Assembly: GCA_018716965.1 (NCBI GenBank)
Contig: DVJF01000020.1
Location: 5,051-69,050 of the forward strand
Reading direction: 5' to 3'
Source: Candidatus Caccenecus avistercoris
GTDB lineage: Bacteria > Bacillota_I > Bacilli_A > RF39 > UBA660
Length of the DNA: 64,000 bases
A program made the position numbers and the translations under genes. Of the stretch, positions 48,010 to 56,347 are shown piece after piece. The notes beneath the pieces were generated by a model, which worked only from the letters and a program-made list of their open reading frames with translations, did not search any database and was not told where the DNA came from. How positions within the stretch are numbered: the first letter of the stretch is position 1; each line of letters starts with the position of its first letter.

Positions 48010-48676
48010 ATTTTATGAACAAATTAATAACTCTTTAAAAAAAGGGAAGAAAGAATTTATTGTTACCGCTAATCCCGAAACTTTTATGATTAGTACTCAT
48101 GATTTAGAATTAGAAAAAATAATTTTAGATAAAAACAACTTAATTGTACCTGATGGTATAGCAGTTGTTAAAGCTTGCAAGAAAATAGGCATAGATATAA
48201 AGGAACGTATAACTGGTATTGAAATGTGTGAATACTTGCTTAAACTTGCAAATGAACAAGAACTTAGCCTTTATTTATTTGGTGCCAAAGAAGAAGTATT
48301 AGAAAAATTAACTGAAAAAATAAAAAAAGATTATCCTAAAATAAAACTACTTGGTGCAACGAGTGGTTATGTAGATGATAAAGATAAAATAATGAATGAA
48401 ATAATAAAAGAATCACCAGATATATGTCTAGTAGCCTTAGGAATACCTCTACAAGAAAAACTAATTGCCAAGAATATAAATAAAGCAAAAAAGGGTATAT
48501 TTATTGGTGTTGGAGGTTCTTTTGATGTGTTAAGTGGTACTAAAAAAAGAGCACCTAAACTCTTTATAAAACTAAATCTAGAATGGTTATACCGCATTAT
48601 AACAGAACCCAAAAGATTGAAAAGATTTTGGAATAATAATGTCAAATTTTTATTTAAAATAAAAAAGGAAAAATAA
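47966..48676 (+). CDS. tagA: WecB/TagA/CpsF family glycosyltransferase (N-acetylmannosaminyltransferase)
   Basis: FIVTANPETFMI, PDGIAVV, LFGAKEEVLEKL, GVGGSFD. AAGGA is 8 nt before the ATG at 47966. Confidence 0.8.
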   Translation: MNNYLKQIYQKPKNEFYEQINNSLKKGKKEFIVTANPETFMISTHDLELEKIILDKNNLIVPDGIAVVKACKKIGIDIKERITGIEMCEYLLKLANEQELSLYLFGAKEEVLEKLTEKIKKDYPKIKLLGATSGYVDDKDKIMNEIIKESPDICLVALGIPLQEKLIAKNINKAKKGIFIGVGGSFDVLSGTKKRAPKLFIKLNLEWLYRIITEPKRLKRFWNNNVKFLFKIKKEK

Positions 48677-48682
48677 CTTTCC

Positions 48683-50506
48683 TTATTCAACCGTAACAGA
48701 CTTAGCTAAATTACGAGGTTTATCAACATCTAAACCTTTTTCTTTTGCAATATAATAAGCTATAAATTGTAATGGAATAACAGCAAGTAATGGAGCAAGA
48801 ATAGGATTAACTAAAGGAATACGAATAACTATGTCTTCTTCTATATTTTGATTAGTAACAAGTATTATCTTAGCCCCTCTAGATTTAACTTCTTCTAAAT
48901 TACTCCATGTCTTTTCACTGGTTTTAGAATCCGTGATAATACCCATTACATAAGTCCCGTTATCTATTAAAGCAATAGGCCCATGCTTAAGTTCCCCAGC
49001 CGGATAAGCTTCACTATGAATATAAGATATTTCTTTTAACTTTAATGAGCCTTCCATAGCTGTATGATAATCATTACCTCGACCAATATAATATAAATCA
49101 TGAACATGCATCATTTCTTTAGCAAGCATGTGGTAAGCCTCAGTATCTTTCATAATATCTTCCATAATATCTTCCATAAGTTTAGGAATACTTAGTAATT
49201 CTTTTTTAAGTAAATCAGTATCACTTGAACTTCCACTTAAAGTTTCTTTAATATAAATGGCTAAAGAGATTAAAACCCCAACTTGGGAAGTATAAGCTTT
49301 AGTAGACGCAACAGCAATTTCTGGACCTGCATGTGTATAAATAGTGTAATCTGCTTCTCTAGTAATAGAAGATTCAAAAACATTCGTTACCGTAATCGTT
49401 TTAGCCCCATTGCTTCTAGCTAGTTTTAGTGCTGCAATAGTATCTGCTGTCTCTCCTGATTGACTAATAAAAATACATAAGGAATGTTTATCTAAAATAG
49501 GATCTTGATACCGAAATTCACTAGCAACCACAACATTTACAGGAATACGACATAGTTTTTCTATTGCATATTTCCCAGTTAATCCTGCATGCATAGCTGT
49601 ACCACAAGCAACAATATAAATACTAGATAACTCTTTTAAATAATTTTTATCTAAAGATAAATTCATAAATTGAATGGGTTTGTTATTTAAAACTATTCCC
49701 GCTAAAGATTCTTCTAATGCTTTAGGTTGCTCATGAATTTCTTTTAGCATATAATCTTCATAGCCATTTTTACTAGTAGCATCCACCTCCCAATCAATTG
49801 TTTTATAATTCTTTTGAATTTCTTTAAAATCTTTATCATAAAAAGTTATATCTTCATTTATTAAAGCACTTTCTCCATCTTCTAAAAAATAAAAATCTTT
49901 CGTATAAGATATAATCGCCGGTATATCAGAAGCTGCAAAAATACCATCTTCACTTTTTCCAATAACCAAAGGACTATTATTTTTAGCAACTAAAATAGAA
50001 TTCGGCAAAAGAGGACTAATAACAAGTATTGCATAACTCCCTTTTAAATCGCTAGTTGTTTTCTGAAAAGCTCTAAAAACATCTTTTTCTATCTCATAAT
50101 AATATTCCATAAGCATTGGAATAACTTCTGTATCAGTCTCAGAAACAAAAGTATAACCTAAGTGAATAAGTTTTTCTTTTAATTCCTGATAATTTTCGAT
50201 TATTCCATTATGCACAACGGCAAAATTATGCTTACTATCCATATGAGGGTGAGCATTTTCTAAAGAAGGTATTCCATGCGTAGCCCATCTAGTATGAGCA
50301 ATACCAATATTACCTCCCAATTTATCATAATCTAATATTTCTTCTAAATTCTTAATACGACCTTTATTTTTAACGATATCTAACTTTTCTCCATCCAGTA
50401 TAGCAACCCCAGCCGAATCATATCCCCGATACTCCAAATTTTTTAATCCTGTAATAAGTTTCGGTAAAGCCTTATCTTTACCAACATAACCAACAATTCC
50501 ACACAT
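48683..50506 (-). CDS. glmS: glutamine--fructose-6-phosphate aminotransferase
   Basis: MCGIVGYVG N-terminal nucleophile, two SIS domains, C-terminal ...KSVTVE. Confidence 0.95.
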   Translation of the reverse strand: MCGIVGYVGKDKALPKLITGLKNLEYRGYDSAGVAILDGEKLDIVKNKGRIKNLEEILDYDKLGGNIGIAHTRWATHGIPSLENAHPHMDSKHNFAVVHNGIIENYQELKEKLIHLGYTFVSETDTEVIPMLMEYYYEIEKDVFRAFQKTTSDLKGSYAILVISPLLPNSILVAKNNSPLVIGKSEDGIFAASDIPAIISYTKDFYFLEDGESALINEDITFYDKDFKEIQKNYKTIDWEVDATSKNGYEDYMLKEIHEQPKALEESLAGIVLNNKPIQFMNLSLDKNYLKELSSIYIVACGTAMHAGLTGKYAIEKLCRIPVNVVVASEFRYQDPILDKHSLCIFISQSGETADTIAALKLARSNGAKTITVTNVFESSITREADYTIYTHAGPEIAVASTKAYTSQVGVLISLAIYIKETLSGSSSDTDLLKKELLSIPKLMEDIMEDIMKDTEAYHMLAKEMMHVHDLYYIGRGNDYHTAMEGSLKLKEISYIHSEAYPAGELKHGPIALIDNGTYVMGIITDSKTSEKTWSNLEEVKSRGAKIILVTNQNIEEDIVIRIPLVNPILAPLLAVIPLQFIAYYIAKEKGLDVDKPRNLAKSVTVE

Positions 50507-50618
50507 ATTAACACTTCCTATCTTTAATAAATAAATAGTACTATAAATTCCAAACTATGTCAAATTATTATTTAAAAAAGCTCTAATTAATGATACAATA
50601 AAGAAAGAAGGTGAAACT

Positions 50619-51935
50619 ATGAAAATAATAAGTATATTTGTAGGCAAAATTTTTGTGATTATCGGTAAATTAATGCACCGTGGAAGCTCTCTTCCAGGTA
50701 TGATGGCTTTAAAAGTGGATAAAAAGTTTTTAAGTAAACTAAAATATCCGAAAACTAAATTAATTGTAACAGGCTCATCCGGCAAAGGAAGTACCTCTAG
50801 TCTAATCGCAGACGTCTTAATCGATAATGGCTACAGTATTTGCTTCAATAATGCTGGATCGAATCTAAAATATGGAGTTACTACAGCCTGCATCAAAAAT
50901 TGTAATTTACTCGGAAAAATAAAAAAAGATGTATTAATTTTAGAGGTGGATGAACGTTATGTCAAAGAAATATACCAAGATATAAAGCCCGATTACTTAA
51001 TTGTTACCAATATTACCAAAGATCAACCCCCAAGACAATATCATGTTGATATCATATTAAAAGAAATAGAACATAACTTACCAAGTAATACAAATATAAT
51101 TATTACAATGGATGAACCATACTTAAGAAATTTCGAATTAGATTTACCAAATAAAATGCTTTATTATAGTGTAGACAAAAATAAATATTCTTATAAAAAT
51201 CAATTATTTGAAAATTTAAATATTTACTACTGTCCTAAATGTGGTGCAAAATTAAAGTATGATTATTATAATTTTGAAACATTAGGAAAATATGAATGTC
51301 CAAAGTGTGATTTTAAATGGATAAAACCCAAAGACATAGCGACCAACCTCGATCTTGATAAAGGCCTAATAAAAATAGATAGTCAAATACTAAGCATTGG
51401 TGGAGATATGCTTATTCATGCTTATAACACTCTAGCAGCCTATACTTTCTTAAAAACAATTGGCATAGATAGTCAAAAAATAATAGCAAGCATCAATCGC
51501 TATAATCATAATAAAAATATTGAATTTGTAAAAGATGGTAAATTATATAAAGCTCTAAACTGTAAAGCCGAAAATGCAACAACCTATAATGCTTGCGTAT
51601 ACAAAACGTATTTAGATAAAGATTTAAAAGATATTGTGATTGGTTGGAAAGAAATCAGTAGAAGATATAATCATTTTGATGTCTCATGGTTATATGATGT
51701 TGAGTTTGAATTATTAAATAACAAATCTTTAAATAAAATTTATGCAGTTGGAATTGATAAAGAAAATATCAAGAAACGTTTGTTACTAGCAGGTATACCT
51801 GAAAGCAAAATAATTACTGCAGATAACTTAAGTGAGATCAAAGAAAGTATTGAACAAAGTAAAGCTAAAAAAGTATATGGCATTCTTAATTTTGATTATA
51901 TGGAGCCATTTAAAGATACTCTAGGAGGCGAGTAA
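50619..51935 (+). CDS. murT: lipid II isoglutaminyl synthase subunit MurT (Mur-ligase-like)
   Basis: Mur ligase P-loop TGSSGKGSTS, Cys4 ribbon CPKCGAK...CPKCD, C-terminal DUF1727-like region. Confidence 0.85.
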   Translation: MKIISIFVGKIFVIIGKLMHRGSSLPGMMALKVDKKFLSKLKYPKTKLIVTGSSGKGSTSSLIADVLIDNGYSICFNNAGSNLKYGVTTACIKNCNLLGKIKKDVLILEVDERYVKEIYQDIKPDYLIVTNITKDQPPRQYHVDIILKEIEHNLPSNTNIIITMDEPYLRNFELDLPNKMLYYSVDKNKYSYKNQLFENLNIYYCPKCGAKLKYDYYNFETLGKYECPKCDFKWIKPKDIATNLDLDKGLIKIDSQILSIGGDMLIHAYNTLAAYTFLKTIGIDSQKIIASINRYNHNKNIEFVKDGKLYKALNCKAENATTYNACVYKTYLDKDLKDIVIGWKEISRRYNHFDVSWLYDVEFELLNNKSLNKIYAVGIDKENIKKRLLLAGIPESKIITADNLSEIKESIEQSKAKKVYGILNFDYMEPFKDTLGGE

Positions 51936-51936
51936 A

Positions 51937-52530
51937 ATGATAACCATAGCATGTCTTTATCCTTATGAACTAACACTATATGGTGAAATGGGAAATATCA
52001 AAGCTTTAATGTATGCTTTAGACAAAGGAAACATCAAATATAAATTAGAAATAATTGAGAAAGATACAAAATTAGAGTTAGATAACTATGATTTTATCTA
52101 TGTGGGAAGTGGCCGCCCTAAATGTTTAGAAGATGTAAAAAAACGCCTGTTACCATATAAAGAAGAATTCCTAAATTATATTGAAAAAGATAAAATATTA
52201 TTAGCAACAGGAAATGCCATAAGCATATTAGATTTCTTAGATCTATATGATGTAAAATATTATAAAAAAAGAGAAGTTCACGATGTAGATGCTACAACTT
52301 CTTTATGTAAAGGACATATTGTAGGTTTTCAAAATACAGAATATTTAATTGACAGTACCAAAAATATTATTTTTAATATAAATGAAGGTATAGGAAATAA
52401 ACATACCATGCTAGAAGGGTTTATGTACAAAAACTTTTATGCAACATCCATTATAGGCCCCATTTTAGCTAGAAACGACAATTTAAATAATTACTTTATT
52501 GACTTAATAAAAAAAACAAATAAGAACTAA
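51937..52530 (+). CDS. gatD: GatD-like (CobQ-type glutamine amidotransferase) partner of MurT
   Basis: LYGEMGNIKAL, HIVGFQNTEY and EGFMYKNFYATSIIGPILARN align to S. aureus GatD as I recall its sequence. The nucleophile position reads ATGNA and the His position reads I. Confidence 0.7.
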   Translation: MITIACLYPYELTLYGEMGNIKALMYALDKGNIKYKLEIIEKDTKLELDNYDFIYVGSGRPKCLEDVKKRLLPYKEEFLNYIEKDKILLATGNAISILDFLDLYDVKYYKKREVHDVDATTSLCKGHIVGFQNTEYLIDSTKNIIFNINEGIGNKHTMLEGFMYKNFYATSIIGPILARNDNLNNYFIDLIKKTNKN

Positions 52531-52534
52531 AATC

Positions 52535-52642
52535 CTATTTGTTTTTCTTTAAATTTTTATTAATAAGTCTAACTTTAACTCCCTTTTTCTTAGCAAACAT
52601 TTTTTTAACACCTTTTGGTAAATTAGCTTTATAAGTTTTCAT
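52535..52642 (-). CDS. small lysine-rich ORF (35 aa) with strong SD; not in the supplied ORF track
   Basis: Reverse strand encodes MKTYKANLPKGVKKMFAKKKGVKVRLINKNLKKNK, preceded by GGGAGGTGG 4-7 nt upstream of the ATG. Confidence 0.35.
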   Translation of the reverse strand: MKTYKANLPKGVKKMFAKKKGVKVRLINKNLKKNK

Positions 52643-52717
52643 AACTCCACCTCCCACTTAATCAACTTAGCTAATTATATCACTAACTAGGGAAAATTCC
52701 AACTAAAATTGATTATC

Positions 52718-52748
52718 TTGACAATTATAAATGGTAATTATATAATTA
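52718..52748 (+). promoter_or_regulatory. zupT promoter TTGACA-17-TATAAT with a perfect 14-bp palindrome TAATTATATAATTA over the -10
   Basis: -35 at 52718-52723, -10 at 52741-52746, palindrome at 52735-52748. Confidence 0.45.
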
Positions 52749-52773
52749 ACGTGAGGTTAATGGAGTGATTATT

Positions 52774-53550
52774 ATGAATATAGCTCTTGGCTTATTGCTT
52801 CCTTTTTTAGGAACAACTCTAGGAGCCGCCTGTGTTTATTTATTAAAAGATAAACTAAATAGTAAACTAGAAAAATTTTTCCTTGGCTTTGCATCTGGAG
52901 TAATGATTGCTGCTTCCGTTTGGTCGCTTTTAATACCATCAATGGATATGGCTTTAAGTGAAGGAATCATTTCTTGGTTACCAGCGTCTATTGGCTTTAT
53001 ATTAGGAGTACTATTTTTATTAATGTTAGATTATATAATTCCTCATTTACATAAAGATGCTCAAACAGCAGAAGGACCTAAAAGCAATTTATCAAAGATA
53101 GCCAAACTAGTTCTGGCGGTTACTCTTCATAATATCCCAGAAGGAATGGCAGTTGGTATTGTTTTTGCCAGTACTTTGTCTCAAAATATTACAGTTAGTT
53201 TAACAGGAGCTCTTGCTCTAAGTATAGGTATAGCTATCCAAAATTTTCCCGAAGGAGCCATTATATCTATGCCTCTAAAAGCAGAGGGAAAAAGTAAAAA
53301 TAAAGCTTTCTTTTATGGTGTTTTATCTGGTATAGTAGAACCAATTGGTGCTATCATAACCATTTTACTAGCAACTATGATTACACCAATTCTACCATAC
53401 TTTCTAGCTTTTGCAGCTGGAGCCATGATATACGTTGTAATAGAAGAATTAATACCGGATGCTAAGGAGGGGAATCATTCCAATTTAACTGTTATAGGAG
53501 TTGCATTTGGTTTTGTTTTAATGATGATTTTAGATGTAGCTTTAGGATAG
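52774..53550 (+). CDS. zupT: ZIP-family zinc transporter
   Basis: HNIPEGMAVG and QNFPEG motifs with an 8-TM profile. GGAG is 8 nt before the ATG at 52774. Confidence 0.85.
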   Translation: MNIALGLLLPFLGTTLGAACVYLLKDKLNSKLEKFFLGFASGVMIAASVWSLLIPSMDMALSEGIISWLPASIGFILGVLFLLMLDYIIPHLHKDAQTAEGPKSNLSKIAKLVLAVTLHNIPEGMAVGIVFASTLSQNITVSLTGALALSIGIAIQNFPEGAIISMPLKAEGKSKNKAFFYGVLSGIVEPIGAIITILLATMITPILPYFLAFAAGAMIYVVIEELIPDAKEGNHSNLTVIGVAFGFVLMMILDVALG

Positions 53551-53559
53551 GAGGAAACA

Positions 53560-54267
53560 ATGTTAGAATTAAAGAATATAAATTTTAAAAGAGATAATAA
53601 AGTTATTTTAAAAGATATAAATTTAATATTAGAAGATAATAAATTTTATTGTATAACCGGACCCAATGGCAGTGGTAAATCAACTCTTGCCAAAATAATT
53701 ATGGGACTAGTTACACCTGATAGTGGGAAAATTTATTATAATGGTAAAGATATTACAAGTTTAAGTGTTGATAAGCGTGCTAAATTAGGTATTGGTTTTG
53801 CATTTCAAACACCAATAACTTTCAAGGGGTTAACTGTTTATGACATTTTACGTATAGCCACGAATAAAGAAGTAACTAAAAAAGATGCCTGTGATATTTT
53901 ATCCAAAGTAGGATTATGTGCAAAAGAATATATCGATAGAGAATTAAATAATAGTTTATCTGGTGGTGAATTAAAAAGAATTGAAATAGCGACCGTTATT
54001 GCTAGACATCCCGATGTTTCCGTTTTTGATGAACCAGAAGCAGGAATTGATCTATGGAGTTTTAAATATTTAACCGGCATATTTAAAGAATTGGGAACTA
54101 AAGCCAAAGGAACAACCATTGTAATATCCCATCAAGAACGTATTTTATCTATCGCTGATGCTATAATTCTTTTAGAAGCTGGAACAATTAAAGAAATCGG
54201 AACAAAAGCTACTATGCTAAAAGGCATGTTAAATTCTGATTGTAATGCTGGAGGTTATCATGAATAA
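53560..54267 (+). CDS. sufC: Fe-S cluster assembly ATPase SufC
   Basis: Walker A (GPNGSGKST), LSGGE signature, Walker B (FDEPEAGID), H-loop. Adjacent to a SufB/D-family gene. Confidence 0.85.
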   Translation: MLELKNINFKRDNKVILKDINLILEDNKFYCITGPNGSGKSTLAKIIMGLVTPDSGKIYYNGKDITSLSVDKRAKLGIGFAFQTPITFKGLTVYDILRIATNKEVTKKDACDILSKVGLCAKEYIDRELNNSLSGGELKRIEIATVIARHPDVSVFDEPEAGIDLWSFKYLTGIFKELGTKAKGTTIVISHQERILSIADAIILLEAGTIKEIGTKATMLKGMLNSDCNAGGYHE

Positions 54268-55177
54268 TGTCGATAAAAATTTATTAAAAGAAATTAATGA
54301 AACTCTAGATGAAAAAACTGAAGTTTATAACATTCGTAAAAATGGGGAAAGTATCAAAAGAAAAGTGAATTCTTATATTGATATAGTAACCAAAGAAGAT
54401 AAAAGTGGTCTTGATATTTATGTCAAAGAAAATACTCTTTTTGGTATTGTTCACATACCAGTTATTATTACCGAAAGTGGTTTAACTGATGTAGTTTATA
54501 ATGATTTTCATATTGGAGCCAATGCTAATGTTATTATTATGGCTGGTTGTGGTATTCATAATGATTTACACAAAGATTCTGAACATGATGGTATCCATCG
54601 TTTCTATTTAGAAGAAAATGCTAAAGTAACATATGTTGAAAAACATTATGGAGAGGGCAAAGGAACAGGTAAGAAAATTCTTAATCCAACTACCGAAATA
54701 TATATGAAAAAAGGCTCATCAATGAACATGGATAGTGTCCAAATAAAGGGAGTAGATGATACCATCCGAATTACAAAAGCTACTCTTGATGCTAACACCA
54801 CTTTAGAAATATCCGAAAAGATTCTTACAACAGGGAGTCAAACAGCCAAAACAGAATTTATAGTAGAATTAAATGGCGAAAATGCCAGTGTTCATGTAAC
54901 AAGTAGAAGTGTTGCAGAAGGCTCATCTACTCAAGAGTTTACCTCAAATATTACTGGAAACACCAAATGTTATGCTCATGTAGAATGTGATGCTATCATT
55001 AAAGATGAGGGCAAGGTTAAAGCTATCCCGGAAATTTATGCCAAAAATATTGATGCTAATTTAATACATGAAGCAGCTATTGGTAAAATTGCCGGTGCAC
55101 AATTAAATAAATTAATGACCTTAGGTCTAAATGAACAAGAAGCTGAAGAAGTTATTATTAAAGGATTTTTAAAATAA
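54260..55177 (+). CDS. sufB: Fe-S cluster assembly protein, SufB/SufD family (short form)
   Basis: The C-terminal block HVECDAIIKDEGKVKAIPEIYAKNIDANLIHEAAIGKIAGAQL matches the conserved SufB/D region. GGAGG is 5 nt before the ATG at 54260. Confidence 0.75.
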   Translation: MNNVDKNLLKEINETLDEKTEVYNIRKNGESIKRKVNSYIDIVTKEDKSGLDIYVKENTLFGIVHIPVIITESGLTDVVYNDFHIGANANVIIMAGCGIHNDLHKDSEHDGIHRFYLEENAKVTYVEKHYGEGKGTGKKILNPTTEIYMKKGSSMNMDSVQIKGVDDTIRITKATLDANTTLEISEKILTTGSQTAKTEFIVELNGENASVHVTSRSVAEGSSTQEFTSNITGNTKCYAHVECDAIIKDEGKVKAIPEIYAKNIDANLIHEAAIGKIAGAQLNKLMTLGLNEQEAEEVIIKGFLK

Positions 55178-55201
55178 TACATTATTTAAATGACAAATCA
55201 A

Positions 55202-55250
55202 AATGTGAAACAAAATGTATAAATAAAATAAAAAAAGTTTCACATTTTTT
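55202..55250 (+). terminator. hairpin AATGTGAAAC-N25-GTTTCACATT + T6 (suf operon terminator; first copy of a duplicated element)
   Basis: Perfect 10-bp stem, A-rich 25-nt loop, followed by TTTTTT. Confidence 0.45.
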
Positions 55251-55331
55251 GTGCTTTGTGTTATAATATAATTGTGAAACAAAAATATAATATTTTAGCT
55301 AAAATATTTCACATATTTATAAGGAGGAATT

Positions 55332-56264
55332 ATGTCAGAAAAAACTGAAATCATGTCCCTATTGCAAAAAAGGGAAGCACTACAACACGAATTATCAGCT
55401 CTTACATATGGCTCAGTAGAAATAAGAGAAAACAATAATAATAAGTATCTATATATCCATTATCGCGAAGAGGGAAGACTGTTAACCAAATATGTGGGAG
55501 AATACCAAGATGAACTATATAATTTAATATTAAAAAATAATGTAAGAGCAAAAGAAATAAAAAGAGACATAAAAGATATAAATAAAAGATTAAAAGAATT
55601 AAATTATACGGAAGAAGAATTAAGTAAAGAAGTAGAAAGAAATATTGATTTTGCTAAAAGACATATGGTGGATACCATTTATAAACAAGCCATATTAGAA
55701 GGAGTTGCAACTACTTATACTGATACGGAAAGCATAATAGAAGGTGGAAAAGTAAATAATATGACATCAGACGATATCATGAAAATAGTAAATCTAAAAC
55801 ACGCTTGGGAATTTATATTAAATAAAAATGTAATTTTAAGTCCTACAGATTTTGCCTTATTATGTGAAATAAACAAATTAATTGAAGAAGGATTTTACTA
55901 TTCTGCCGGAAGTTTAAGAAGTGTTCCTGTAACAATCGGAGGGACTAAATGGCAACCACCTCTACCAATTGAAAGTATTATTATAGAAGATTTGAAAAAT
56001 ATTTTTGATCAAGAAATGAATGATGTCGATAGAGCTACAGAACTTTTACTATACGTAATGAAAAAACAAATATTTATTGATGGTAATAAAAGAACATCAG
56101 TATTATTTAGTAACCATTATTTAATTTCTAAAGGAAAAGGAATTATAGTAATACCAGCAGAATTAACAGATGAGTTCAAAAATTTACTGATTACATATTA
56201 TGAAGAAAAAGACGAAAAAAGAATCAAGAAATTCATAAAAGAAAAGTGTTATATGAAAATATAG
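55332..56264 (+). CDS. Fic/Doc family protein with degenerate Doc-type motif (QIFIDGNKRTS; catalytic His replaced by Gln)
   Basis: IFIDGNKR matches the Doc/Fic core HxFx(D/N)GNKR except at the first residue. About 200 aa of N-terminal extension. AAGGAGG RBS. Confidence 0.55.
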   Translation: MSEKTEIMSLLQKREALQHELSALTYGSVEIRENNNNKYLYIHYREEGRLLTKYVGEYQDELYNLILKNNVRAKEIKRDIKDINKRLKELNYTEEELSKEVERNIDFAKRHMVDTIYKQAILEGVATTYTDTESIIEGGKVNNMTSDDIMKIVNLKHAWEFILNKNVILSPTDFALLCEINKLIEEGFYYSAGSLRSVPVTIGGTKWQPPLPIESIIIEDLKNIFDQEMNDVDRATELLLYVMKKQIFIDGNKRTSVLFSNHYLISKGKGIIVIPAELTDEFKNLLITYYEEKDEKRIKKFIKEKCYMKI

Positions 56265-56266
56265 AT

Positions 56267-56298
56267 AAAACATATGTGTAAAGTCATATATGTTTTTT
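56267..56298 (+). terminator. rho-independent terminator
   Basis: AAACATAT-N12-ATATGTTT followed by TTTTT. Confidence 0.55.
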
Positions 56299-56347
56299 TA
56301 ATTGAAAGAGAATATCGATGATATAATATAAAGCAAGGTGCATTTAT

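Noticed and set aside
50507-50618. glmS ribozyme in the glmS leader
   Set aside because: The spacer is 112 bp with no GC-rich conserved core. It is reported as an absence rather than a feature.
55202-55319. Reading the TGTGAAAC/GTTTCACA pairs as Rex or CRP/FNR operator sites
   Set aside because: Half-site spacing is 25-26 bp, versus 4-6 bp for those regulators. A hairpin or terminator/attenuator interpretation fits better.
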